From Dehalococcoidia bacterium (lineage in GTDB: Bacteria; Chloroflexota; Dehalococcoidia; Bin125): a DNA stretch of 64,000 bases. Shown here piece by piece: positions 45,349 to 55,400 of this stretch (the first letter of the stretch is position 1; each line of letters opens with the position of its first letter). Below the pieces are notes generated by a model that was not told the origin of the DNA, did not search any database, and worked only from the letters and a program-made list of their open reading frames with translations. The DNA lies in NCBI GenBank assembly GCA_022828105.1, contig JAJEJC010000001.1:174090-238089 (forward strand). Direction: 5' to 3'. Made by a program: the position numbers and the translations under genes.

Positions 45349-45457
45349 GTCGTGGGACGCAAGATAGGCGAAGACGAATCCGCGAGGTGGTCTAGGATCG
45401 CTGCACGAACCAGCCCGTCAACAGGATCAAGCGATTGCTCTCGATTGGAAGTGCACC

Positions 45458-46897
45458 ATGGGCCTGCGAACGCCCGCCGAGTATGTCGAGTCGCTGAGGG
45501 ACGGCCGCGAGATCTGGTACCGCGGCGAGCGAGTCGACGACGTGACGACGCATCCGACGATCAGCAAGGCGGTCAAGCACGCCTGCATCGACTACGAGAT
45601 GGCGGAGTCGGACGAATACCGCGAGCTGGCCACCTACGAGGAGGACGGCGAGACGCACTCGGCCTACTACCGGGTGCCGAGGACGACTGAGGATCTGCTC
45701 AATCGCTCGAAGTTGATCGAGGCGGCGACCGCGGAAGGCGACACGCTGGTCGTGCTGATCAAGGAGATCGGCACCGACGCGCTGTTTGCGCTGCTGGCGG
45801 TGACGGCCGAGTTTGAGGATCAGACCTACTTCGAGCGCGTCCAGGCGTTCTACGAGCATTGCCGCTCGAACGACCTGGCGCTGGCGGTCGCACAAACAGA
45901 CGTCAAGGGCGACCGGGTCAAGAGGCCGTCGCAGCAGTCGGATCCGGACATGTACCTGCGGGTCGTAGAGCGGCGACCCGACGGCGTCGTGGTGCGCGGG
46001 GCCAAGGCGCACACGTCGGTGGTGACGAATACGAACGAAGTGATCGTGCTGCCGACGCGGGCCATGGGTCCGGATGAGCAGGACTGGTCGATCGCCTTCG
46101 CGCTGCCGGTCGACACGCCCAACCTGCGCTTCATCGCGTCGCCGTTCGGCGACAACGCCACGCACGACGGCGAGCGCCCGATCTCGGCGGTGCGCAAGAT
46201 GATGGAGACGATCACCGTCTTCGACGACGTGTTCGTGCCCAACGAGCGCATCTTCCTCGACGGCGACACCGAGGCGGCGGGCCAGTTGGCGCTGACCTTT
46301 GTCGAATATCACCGCTTCACGGCGGTCTCCTACAAGCTGCCGCTGATCGATGCGCTGGGCGGCTGCGCGGCGCTGGCGGCGGACTACAACGGGATTCTCA
46401 ACGTGTCGCACGTGCGCGAGAAGTTTGTTGACCTGATCCAGTACGCCGAGACGACGCGGGCGCTGCTGGAGAAGTCGGCCGACCGCTGCATTGGCAAGCC
46501 CAACGGCCAGGTCGCGCCCGATCCGATGACGGTCAACATGGCCAAGTCGATCTTCGCGCACGGCTATCACGAGGCGGTCCAGCACGTGCAGGAGCTGGCC
46601 GGTGGCATTTTGGTCACGGGACCGGGAGACGAAGACTGGGAGACGGAGGAGTTGCGGCCGTTGCTGCAGAAGTACCTCGCCGGCCGCGACGGGATCGACG
46701 GCGCGCAGCGGATGAAGCTGCTCAACTTCATTCGCGACCTGACCTCGTCGGACTACGGCGCGTACCAGGAGGTGTTGGCGATTCACGCCGAGGGATCGCT
46801 GCAGGCGGAGCGGTTGCAGATCTTTCGCGCCTTCAACGAGAACGGCGGCGCGCGGCGGGTGATGCGGCTCGCCGGTAGAATGGCGGGCGTCAGGTAA
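45458..46897 (+). CDS. HpaB-family two-component flavin-dependent monooxygenase, oxygenase component (4-hydroxyphenylacetate 3-hydroxylase family).
   Basis: 479 aa with family-typical N- and C-terminal acyl-CoA-dehydrogenase-like folds. Conserved HpaB-like segments such as RGAKAHTS. Confidence 0.85.
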   Translation: MGLRTPAEYVESLRDGREIWYRGERVDDVTTHPTISKAVKHACIDYEMAESDEYRELATYEEDGETHSAYYRVPRTTEDLLNRSKLIEAATAEGDTLVVLIKEIGTDALFALLAVTAEFEDQTYFERVQAFYEHCRSNDLALAVAQTDVKGDRVKRPSQQSDPDMYLRVVERRPDGVVVRGAKAHTSVVTNTNEVIVLPTRAMGPDEQDWSIAFALPVDTPNLRFIASPFGDNATHDGERPISAVRKMMETITVFDDVFVPNERIFLDGDTEAAGQLALTFVEYHRFTAVSYKLPLIDALGGCAALAADYNGILNVSHVREKFVDLIQYAETTRALLEKSADRCIGKPNGQVAPDPMTVNMAKSIFAHGYHEAVQHVQELAGGILVTGPGDEDWETEELRPLLQKYLAGRDGIDGAQRMKLLNFIRDLTSSDYGAYQEVLAIHAEGSLQAERLQIFRAFNENGGARRVMRLAGRMAGVR

Positions 46898-46928
46898 GGG
46901 CCCGCCGACGAGCTCTCGGGGAGCGTTC

Positions 46929-47594
46929 ATGCCGGAACTGCCGCTGTTTCCGCTTCAGATCGTGGTCTTTCCCGGCGAGACCGTGCCGCTGCACATCTTC
47001 GAGCCGCGCTACCGCCAACTGGTCAAGGACACGCTGGAGAGCGGCGAACCCTTCGGCATCGTGCTGACCAAGCGCACTCGACAGGCTGCCACGCCCGAGG
47101 ATCGGGAGCCGACCCACGAGGTCGGCTGCACCGTGCGGATGGAATCCAACGAGGTGTTCCCCGACGGCCGTTTCAACATCGGTTGCATCGGCGAGCGGCG
47201 CTTTCGGATCGTCGAAAAGCTGGGCGAACGGCCCTACTGGGTCGCCGACGTGGATTATCTCGACGACCCGACGGATCGCGACTCGGACGGAGCCTATGTC
47301 GCCTACGACGCCGCGGCCGACCTGTATCGCGATCATCTGGGATTGGCGCTGGCGCTGCAGAACTCGTGGCAGCGCTCATACCGATTGCCGCGTCAGCCGT
47401 ATCCGTTGGTCAATCACATCGCCTCGCGGATCGAGGCGCCGGCGACGGTGAAGCAGGAGATTCTCAAGTCGGAGTCGACGGTGGAGCAACTGAACCTGCT
47501 CAGCCGCATTCTGCGCGCTTCAAACCGCCAACTCACCGACCGCGTGCATCTGCACCATCGCCAGCGTTACGAGGGTCTTGGCGTGGGCAACTGA
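46929..47594 (+). CDS. LON-N (Lon protease N-terminal substrate-binding) domain protein.
   Basis: LPLFPLQIVVFPGETVPLHIFEPRYRQL is the canonical LON_N start. Confidence 0.8.
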   Translation: MPELPLFPLQIVVFPGETVPLHIFEPRYRQLVKDTLESGEPFGIVLTKRTRQAATPEDREPTHEVGCTVRMESNEVFPDGRFNIGCIGERRFRIVEKLGERPYWVADVDYLDDPTDRDSDGAYVAYDAAADLYRDHLGLALALQNSWQRSYRLPRQPYPLVNHIASRIEAPATVKQEILKSESTVEQLNLLSRILRASNRQLTDRVHLHHRQRYEGLGVGN

Positions 47595-47642
47595 CCAGCC
47601 GGCCACAATCGGCATAATCGGCAAAATCGACCCTGCGAGCGC

Positions 47643-48836
47643 GTGCACAGCATGCGGACTCGCTTGCGAGTTGTCGCCGCCCGAATTAACGTGCGAACAC
47701 GAACCGGGAACCTGCCGATTGCGCGGGCCGGTTCGCAGCAACATCAACACGGGGGACCGGCCTTGACTCAATCCGACGAACATCCACAATCACCTCGGTC
47801 CGGCGATGCACGCGGCACCGCAGTTGCCGATCCATCCGACAGCCCGAAGCAAGCCCTTCGCGACTACCACCAGATCACGCGGCTGAGCGAATCGCAGGAG
47901 GATGAGGACCGGATTGCGGAGCAGCCGAAGCTGGTCAGCCGCTTCTATGACGCCGTAACCCGGTTCTACGAGTTTGGCTGGGGTACGACCTTCCACTTCT
48001 CGCCGCGCCGACCGGGCGAGAGCCTGGTCGAGTCGCAACGCCGGCACGACGAGGGGATCGGCGAGACGCTGCGGCTCAAGCCCGGCATGGAGGTCGCCGA
48101 TCTTGGATGTGGGGTTGGCGGACCAATGATCTCGATCGCGCGCGCGACCGGAGCCAGCATCACCGGGATCAACTTCAGTCCCTTGCAGATCGAGCGAGGC
48201 CAACGACTGGTGGCGAAGGCGGGGCTCGAAGACACTTGCCGCTTCCTGTACGCCAACTTCATGGACGTCCCGCTCGAGGATGGCGCGTTTGACGCGATCT
48301 ACTCGTTTGAAGCGGTCTGCCACGCGCCCAACAACCTGCTGCTCTTCCGCGAGCTGTACCGGCTGCTCAGGCCGGGCGGCGAGATTGCCATCGTCGATTG
48401 GTGCTTCACGGATCGCTTCGACCCGGACGACGCGCGGCATGCGCGCATCCGCAGTGAAATCGAGACCAACAACGCGGTCCCCGATCTGCTCACGACGACG
48501 CAACAGGTGGAGACCGCGCAGAAGGCAGGGTTCGAGATCATCGAGGCGATTGATCAGCAGGCGGAGTTTGGCGATCCGCGCGCTCCCTGGTACATGGCGC
48601 TGCAGGGACGCGACTTCTCGTTCACATCGTGGGCGCGAACGCCGATGGGGCGCGGCTTTACGGCGGCGGTGACGAGGCTGCTCGAGTTCGTCCGCATTGC
48701 GCCGTCTGGCACGAGCGAGACCGCCAGGTTCCTGAACGTCGCCGCCGACGCCCTGGTCGAAGGTGGCGAACTGGAGATCTTCACGCCCAGCTTCCTGATC
48801 CACGCTCGCAAGCCGGAGTCGACCGAGGCGTCATGA
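47643..48836 (+). CDS. SAM-dependent methyltransferase of the sterol-24-C / MPBQ (ERG6/SMT-like) family. The start is uncertain, with TTG at 47764 preceded by GGGGGA.
   Basis: FYDAVTRFYEFGWG...FHF and VADLGCGVGGP are the SMT family signature and motif I. Confidence 0.75.
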   Translation: MHSMRTRLRVVAARINVRTRTGNLPIARAGSQQHQHGGPALTQSDEHPQSPRSGDARGTAVADPSDSPKQALRDYHQITRLSESQEDEDRIAEQPKLVSRFYDAVTRFYEFGWGTTFHFSPRRPGESLVESQRRHDEGIGETLRLKPGMEVADLGCGVGGPMISIARATGASITGINFSPLQIERGQRLVAKAGLEDTCRFLYANFMDVPLEDGAFDAIYSFEAVCHAPNNLLLFRELYRLLRPGGEIAIVDWCFTDRFDPDDARHARIRSEIETNNAVPDLLTTTQQVETAQKAGFEIIEAIDQQAEFGDPRAPWYMALQGRDFSFTSWARTPMGRGFTAAVTRLLEFVRIAPSGTSETARFLNVAADALVEGGELEIFTPSFLIHARKPESTEAS

Positions 48837-49927
48837 TGCTGAGCCTGCGGTCTCGACGCAGGGACGACCTCACCGCACTCGACGCGCTGCGCGCCGCGAC
48901 GTATCCCTATCCCTACCCGACGGGCTGGTACCGGATCGCCGACGCGGACTCGATCCGACCCGGCGAGATACGCGCGATCACCTGCCTTGGCAAGCAGTTC
49001 GTCCTCTGGCGAACGCGGGAGAGCGGCGAGATTCACTTGATGGACGCCGCCTGCCCGCATCTCGGCGCCAATCTTGCCGGCGGGCGAGTCGAGGGCGATT
49101 GCATCGAGTGTCCGTTTCACCTCTGGCAGTTCGACGGCACAGGGCGGGCGCAGCGGATTCCCTATAGCGAACAGCCGCCCGAGCGCGTGTTGACCCGGCC
49201 TTACGAGTTGGAAGATGTGCACGGGCAGTTGTTCCTGTTTCACCGCAGCGAGGCGGACCCGGGGGCTGCGGATCAACCGCCCCCCTACGACGTGCCGCGG
49301 ATCGCCGAGGTCGACGAGGGCAGCTTCGTGCGCCGAGGTCAGCGGAACGCGGGGCGTGTGCGGATGCACATCATCGAGATCTGCGAAAACGCCGTCGATA
49401 CCGCGCACTTCCAGGCCTTGCACAGTCAGCTGCACCTGCCCTGGACGCAGGTCCGCGTGCCGGGGGTCGAAATCGTTCACCGCGCCAAGTGGGTGCTGGA
49501 CGAGGACCAGCCCTGGATGATGCACTTCGACGACGACGTGTCGCTGCGGGCGTTGGGTCGGACGCTGCCCGGCGGCGAGACCCACGTGCGGGTCTCCTAC
49601 CACGGACCCGGCAGCGTGCTGACCTTCCGCTTCGAGCTTCCCGGTTGGGGCGAACTCGCCATGGTCAAGACCTTTCTTCCGATTGGTCCGTTGGAACAGC
49701 AGATTGACTTCCAGTGGTACGCCCCGAGGTCGGTGCCGCGCTGGTTGGTCTGGTGGGTGATCGGCAACTGGGTCTCGCAGTTCCCGCAGGACATCGACAT
49801 CTGGGAGAACAAGAGCTTCCAGGCTCAACCCAAGCTCTGCCGCGACGACGGCCCGGTCTTCGCCATGCGGCGCTGGTTCGAGCAATTCCTGCCCGAGTCC
49901 GACGCCGAGCGACTGCCGGGCGCGTAA
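48833..49927 (+). CDS. Rieske [2Fe-2S] non-heme-iron oxygenase (KshA/Neverland-like family), translationally coupled to the methyltransferase by an ATGA overlap.
   Basis: CPHLGANL...CIECPFHLWQF is the Rieske CxH...CxxH motif. ENAVDTAHFQALH is the mononuclear iron D-x2-H-x4-H motif. Confidence 0.8.
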   Translation: MMLSLRSRRRDDLTALDALRAATYPYPYPTGWYRIADADSIRPGEIRAITCLGKQFVLWRTRESGEIHLMDAACPHLGANLAGGRVEGDCIECPFHLWQFDGTGRAQRIPYSEQPPERVLTRPYELEDVHGQLFLFHRSEADPGAADQPPPYDVPRIAEVDEGSFVRRGQRNAGRVRMHIIEICENAVDTAHFQALHSQLHLPWTQVRVPGVEIVHRAKWVLDEDQPWMMHFDDDVSLRALGRTLPGGETHVRVSYHGPGSVLTFRFELPGWGELAMVKTFLPIGPLEQQIDFQWYAPRSVPRWLVWWVIGNWVSQFPQDIDIWENKSFQAQPKLCRDDGPVFAMRRWFEQFLPESDAERLPGA

Positions 49928-49981
49928 TTCCAGCCTCGGACGCCAGAGGGAGCGGGTCCCTGGGCAAGCCAGGGACTGGGA

Positions 49982-51136
49982 CTAGAGCGCGTCGGAACCG
50001 TTTTGGCGGATGTGGCGGGCGACCGTGAGTCGCAGCAGCTCGGTTGGCCCCTCGGCGATCCTGAGCGAACGACTCCAGCGGTAGAGACGCTCCAGCGGGT
50101 GGCCTCGCAGGAGCGCCTGGGCTCCGTGCAACTGGATGGCTCGGTCCACGCTGCGATGCAGGCATTCGGACGCCAGCCACTTGGCGGCGGCGACCTGCGT
50201 GCCGGCGGTCGACTCGTCGGACTCTCTCGCCTCTGCGGCCCGGTAGAGCGCGGCGCGGGCGGCGAAGCTGTCCGCCGCGATGTCGGCGAAGATCGCCTGC
50301 ACCTGCTGCTGCTCGGCGAGCGGCTGTCCGCTGCGGTGCGGACCCTCGATCCGCTCCAGCGTCGCCCGCGCGACCCAGCGCGTCCAGCCGACGCAATCGG
50401 CGGCGACACCGAGTCTCATCCGATCGATGTTCTGCATGGCCCGCGGCATACCGTCGCCGACGTTGCCCAGCAGTCTCGAATCGGGAACGGGTACGGCGTC
50501 AAAGTAAAACGGCGAGTGCGTGCTGCCGTCGATCGATGCGCCCAGTTCGCCCTCGGTGACCCCCGGCGCTTCGCGGTCGACGACGAGCAGCGCCGTGCCT
50601 TCATCGGGCACGTTGGCGACCACGACGAGCCAGTCGGAGTCTGCGCCGCCGGTGACGAATCCCTTGGCCCCGCTGACGAGGAAGCCGTCGGAACCGTCCG
50701 CCAGGGTTGTGCGGATCGCTTCGGTCGGCGCGCGGCGGCCGTCGGTTCGCAGCGCTTCGGTGAAGGCGAAGGCGGCGCGGCGCTCGCCGCGGACGACCGG
50801 TTCGTACAGCGCTTCACGCTGGGCGGGGTTGTCGGCCAGCCGCATGATGCCGGGTCCGGCGCCGAGCGCGGCGGAGGCGAAGGCATTGCCGCTCAGGGCA
50901 AGCGCCTCACGCGCCGCGGTCAGCAGCCGAGGTCCGCCGCCGAGTCCACCATCGGATTCGGGCAGCGCCAGCCGATAGAAGCCGGCGGCCTCGGAGCGCC
51001 GCGCAATCTCGCGCCGCAGCTCCGGCGGCGGCGCTTCCGGGTCGACGCCGCTGGTGATCGGGTCGATCTGCTCGGTCACGAACTGGAGCAGGCGCGATTG
51101 CAAGTCGGACAGGTCGGGAGTCAACTCAAACTGCAT
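49982..51136 (-). CDS. Acyl-CoA dehydrogenase family protein.
   Basis: ACAD N, middle and C domains, with a C-terminal QLHGAQALLRGHPLERLYRW. Confidence 0.85.
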   Translation of the reverse strand: MQFELTPDLSDLQSRLLQFVTEQIDPITSGVDPEAPPPELRREIARRSEAAGFYRLALPESDGGLGGGPRLLTAAREALALSGNAFASAALGAGPGIMRLADNPAQREALYEPVVRGERRAAFAFTEALRTDGRRAPTEAIRTTLADGSDGFLVSGAKGFVTGGADSDWLVVVANVPDEGTALLVVDREAPGVTEGELGASIDGSTHSPFYFDAVPVPDSRLLGNVGDGMPRAMQNIDRMRLGVAADCVGWTRWVARATLERIEGPHRSGQPLAEQQQVQAIFADIAADSFAARAALYRAAEARESDESTAGTQVAAAKWLASECLHRSVDRAIQLHGAQALLRGHPLERLYRWSRSLRIAEGPTELLRLTVARHIRQNGSDAL

Positions 51137-51187
51137 GGATCCGCCTCTCGCTGCGGTTGCCTGGTCTCGGCATGGGATCGGGCATGG

Positions 51188-52435
51188 TCATTCAGTCGAA
51201 TGCGCCAGTGCAAACTCGCGCAAATCACTCGGCGGCGCGTGGCTCAGAACCACGCCGAGCAAGGGCACCGAGCGGAGCGCGTCGCGGGCCTCGATCAGTT
51301 GCTCGTCCGACGCATCGGCGCGCGCCACCAGGATGACGCCGACCGCGGAACGCGCGATTGCGCGGGCGCTGGAGTCGGCGAGCGGATCGCTGGGCAACAG
51401 CACATAGCCGTTGGGGCGAAGCACTCGCGCGGCCTCGCGGAGAATCAGCTCGGAGCGGCGCGGCCGCGACCAGCCCGCACCGTGCAACCAGTGCGGCGGC
51501 TGCGTGTGCGTGAGCTCGAAGGCCGGACGCCGGGCGTCGAGCCAGGTGACCGCGTTGCCGCGAGCAGCCAGCGTCTGCGCCGCGCGAATCAACGAACCGT
51601 TGAGATCGGATCCCTCATCGAGCGGAGTGAAGACGACGATCCCAGAGACCGGGTTCAACGCATTGGCGAGCTGGACGGCGTCGTCGAGCATCGAGCCGCG
51701 CTCCGTCGTCTCAGCGACCCGTTCGCCTGAGACCTGGAAGAGGTCTGCCTGGGCCGCCCGCTCTGCGGCGTCGCTGACCACCGCGATCGGGCGCAGGCCG
51801 AGCCGACCGACGCGGCCGAGGTTGGACGCCGGCGTGCGCGCGACGCGGGCGGTCGCCGCGGCGAGAGCGAGACCGACCAGCAACCCGACCGCCGAGGCCC
51901 AGGCCGCCGACCACTCGGTCGCCGGAGCGATCTTGCGCGCGCCGGGGCGGACCAGGCCGAGCAGGTCGAGCCCTGCATCGTCGCCATAGCGGAAGTGAGC
52001 CTCCTCGACGGCGGCGTTGGCCAGGGACAGGGCGAGCGCCTCGGCGTCGGCTTGCCCGGAGGCGCGCACAGTGACCCGGATCAGCGTGTCGGTCAGTTCC
52101 ACCGCGACGCCGTCGAGTTGAGGCAAGCCCGACTCGCTGGCCATCATTCCCTGGGTCGCGGACTCCTGGACCGAGCGATCCAGCACGAGTTCCGCGTACT
52201 GCTGCGGCGGACGGCCATCTCGCGCCCAGAGATGAACGTCGGCGCTCCAGGCGGCGGCCGTCGTCTGCGAGAGCAGGACGGCGATGATTGCGCCGAGCAC
52301 CGCCGTCAAAGGAGGCAGCCACCAGGCGAACCCGCTGCGCAGTCCGGGAAGAGTCGGCACAGAACGAGTGTATCCGCCACAGTGCAGCAGTCCGCGCACA
52401 GTGAACAGGCAGAGGATTGGCTGAGGCGATTGCAT
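51188..52435 (-). CDS. Wzz/chain-length-determinant-like membrane protein with a BY-kinase-like cytoplasmic domain whose Walker A is degenerate. The start is uncertain.
   Basis: Two TM segments flank a periplasmic domain. The C-terminal VVFTPLDEGSDLNGSL replaces the expected GEGKST. VTWLDAR (Walker A'-like) and VILVAR...PLLGVVLSH match the CpsD/Wzc layout. Confidence 0.6.
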   Translation of the reverse strand: MQSPQPILCLFTVRGLLHCGGYTRSVPTLPGLRSGFAWWLPPLTAVLGAIIAVLLSQTTAAAWSADVHLWARDGRPPQQYAELVLDRSVQESATQGMMASESGLPQLDGVAVELTDTLIRVTVRASGQADAEALALSLANAAVEEAHFRYGDDAGLDLLGLVRPGARKIAPATEWSAAWASAVGLLVGLALAAATARVARTPASNLGRVGRLGLRPIAVVSDAAERAAQADLFQVSGERVAETTERGSMLDDAVQLANALNPVSGIVVFTPLDEGSDLNGSLIRAAQTLAARGNAVTWLDARRPAFELTHTQPPHWLHGAGWSRPRRSELILREAARVLRPNGYVLLPSDPLADSSARAIARSAVGVILVARADASDEQLIEARDALRSVPLLGVVLSHAPPSDLREFALAHSTE

Positions 52436-52456
52436 CGCCTCAGTTACTCTCCGCGC

Positions 52457-55400
52457 ATGTCTCGACTCATGCGTATCTGCCTGCTCACGCTCTGCGCCGC
52501 ACTGGCGCTGTACATGCAGGCCGGGGTGGGGCATGGCGCAGAGTCGCGCGCAGACCTGCGCCTGCACGTGGATGTGCGCGTCGAGCGCGTGAAGCCGGAG
52601 ACCCAGCTCCTCCTGCAGCGGGCGGGACTGGAGATTGAACTGGCGGTGCCCGAACTCAGCCGCTGGCAAGGCTGGGTCTCGACCGATCGGATTTCGGAAC
52701 TTCGCCGCGCCGACGGCGTACTGTCGGTGAGGACGCCGCGCTATGCCAGGTTCGCCGCCGGCAGCGCGTTGTCCGAGGGCGACGAGGCGCTCAACGCCGC
52801 CGCGGCGCGAACGCGGTTCAATGTCAATGGTTCCGGCATTCGCATCGCCGTCATCTCCGACGGCATCGTGGGTCTGCAGGAGGCGCAGCAGCTCGGCGAA
52901 GCTCCAAAACTGGTCGATGCGGAAGCATTCGGCGCAGGCAGCCTGGGCGGCGGGGAGGAAGGCACGGCGATGATCGAGGTCATTCACGACCTTGCGCCGG
53001 GCGCGGCCATTTCCTTCGCCGCCGTGGAGACCGACCTCGACCACATCGCCGCGGTCAAACACTATGCCCAGATCGTCGACATCATCGTCGACGACGTCGC
53101 CTACCCGCTGCCCGCCGATCAGCGCAGCGAGGTGTCGCGCAACACGACGGCCGCGCTTGAACATCCCGATTGGCCGCTGCGCGTTTACGTCACCTCGGCC
53201 GGCAACTGGGCGGAATCGCATTGGTCGGACGGGTGGCGTCCCGGCGTCGACGGCCGCCGGTTGGGTCTGCCGACCCCTGGAGCGACGCACCGATTCGGCG
53301 CGGCGAACGAGAAGGATGGAGCAGAGCCATTGCTCGGCTCGGGTAATGGCTTTCAAGTCCAAGACGGGGATCGAATTCTGGTCGTGCTGTTCTGGGACGA
53401 TGCCTGGGACCGTTCGTCCAATGATTACAACCTCTACTTGGTGTCGGACGACGGCGAGGTGATCGCCTCCGGCGAGACGACGCAAGGCATCGGCAGCGAG
53501 AATCACGAGCCGCGCGAATACATCGAGCACCGACACCAGGGAGAGGAGGCGACGCTCTACGCGGTGATCCAGAATCCCTACAACGACGCGGCGCCGGCGA
53601 CGCTCGACCTGTTCGTCTTCAATACCGGCGGGCCGAGGCCAGAGCTTGCCTACTTCACACCGGACGCAAGTCTGCTCGCGCAGTCCGACGCCGGGGGCGC
53701 GATCACCGTCGCCGCGGTCAACGTCGGCGCGCAAACTGTCGCCGCATACTCCAGCCGCGGCCCAACGCTGAATGGTCTCGACAAGCCTGACCTGGCTGCC
53801 GTCGACCTGGTCACGGTGTCCGAGATCACGGCGTATTCGCCGCGCTTCCGAGGATCATCCGCCGCCGCGCCTCATGTGGCGGCGGTCGCGGCGCTGTTGC
53901 TGGAAGCGCAGCCTGCGCTGCTCGCGGCCGACGGCGGCAACCCGTTGCTGGAACGCCGCCTGATCCGCGATCTGCTGACCGAAACGGCGACGGACCTGCC
54001 GCCGCCCGGGCGCGACCGAGCGTCCGGCGCGGGACTGGTCAATGCGGAAGCAGCCTTGAATGCCGCAATCAGCGACACCGCCGTCGTGTCGTCCACACGT
54101 GACGACGGTCCTGACACGTTGCGTGCCGCGTTGGCCTCCGGCGCGCGATTCATTCTCTTCGACGGCAGGCCGCCAGAGCGAACGATTTCGCTGCGTTCGC
54201 CGCTTCCGCCAATCGCTTCGGGAACGATCATCGACGGCACTGGTTGGACGCTTGACGCATCGAGCGTTGCCACCGGGATCGCGCTTGGCGCCGACTGCGA
54301 GCTCTGGGGCTTGACGATTCGCGGCGGCGCGGAATCCGGAGTACGCGTGAACGGAGACCATGCACTGGTGCGTCGGGTGGGCGTCGAAGGCAGCCGGGTC
54401 GGAGTTGCGGTACACGGCAAAGACGCGTTGATTGTCGAGGTTGACGTACGAGATAACGACGCTCACGGCGTGTGGATCGGCGACGGCAGTTCAGCCGAAC
54501 TGAAGGACAGCAGGATCGAGTCGAACGGGGGCGCCGGCGTGTTGGTCGCCGCCGCGGCGCTGGGCGCTCGGATCGGACCGGAGGGCGAGCCGCCCGTTGC
54601 CGCGCCTCGCTTCCAGGATTGGCCGCCAATCGTGCCAGTCAGTTCGGCCTGGAGCCAACCACGCTCAGGGCCGTCGCGGCAGTTGACAGGAGTGGTGAGT
54701 CTCGACGGCCTGCCTGCTCCAGCCGGCGCGCGGGTCGATGTCTATCTCGATCGCCGTCTCAGCGCTTCGCTACTGATCGATGACCAATCGCGCTTCCGTG
54801 CGACGGTCACGGGTCCGGGCAGCGAGCTTCGGTTCTCGGTCGACGGCGTTGCGGTGGCGGAGCGCGTGCCGTTCACCGCCGGCAGCGATCTGGCGCTCAA
54901 TCTCCGAGCGGTGAGCGCGACCGCCAGGAGCCGTACCGATCCGCCGAGCGGAGGCAACCTGATCCGGGACAACCAGGCAGGCATCGTGATCGAGGACTCA
55001 GCCGCCGGCCCGCGCGGCCCGCGGCTCGTCTGGGGCAACGACGTGGGTGGGCAGCGGTTGGACATCACCTCGCCATGGCCCGCGCCGACGATTGCGGAAC
55101 TCTCCTCGAACGCGGCCGGCGTGAGCGTGTCCGGCACAGCGCCGGGCGCGGCCACGGCGCATCTCTATGCCGGCACCGCCGGCGTGCGCCACTTCGTCTC
55201 GGCAGCGCCGGTCGTGGACGGCGCGTTTCGCTTCGACGGAATGGATGTCGAACCGTCTGCAACTCACTTCTCGGTCCTCGCGCAGCGCCCAGGCGACCAG
55301 ACGACATCGGAGAGCAACGTGCTCCGGATTGCGGTGGCCGGCCAGATCGACCGCGTCACTCCGGACTTCGGATACATCGAGGGTGGCGAGACGGTTCAGA

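Noticed and set aside
45392-46930. A 512-aa minus-strand ORF.
   Set aside because: Antisense to the HpaB-family gene.
47790-49885. Minus-strand ORFs opposite the methyltransferase and Rieske genes.
   Set aside because: Antisense artefacts. The + strand genes have clear motifs and translational coupling.
50003-51730. A 575-aa + strand ORF.
   Set aside because: Antisense to the acyl-CoA dehydrogenase. The upstream part of the 848-aa ORF (52436-53734) is likewise antisense to the S8 peptidase.
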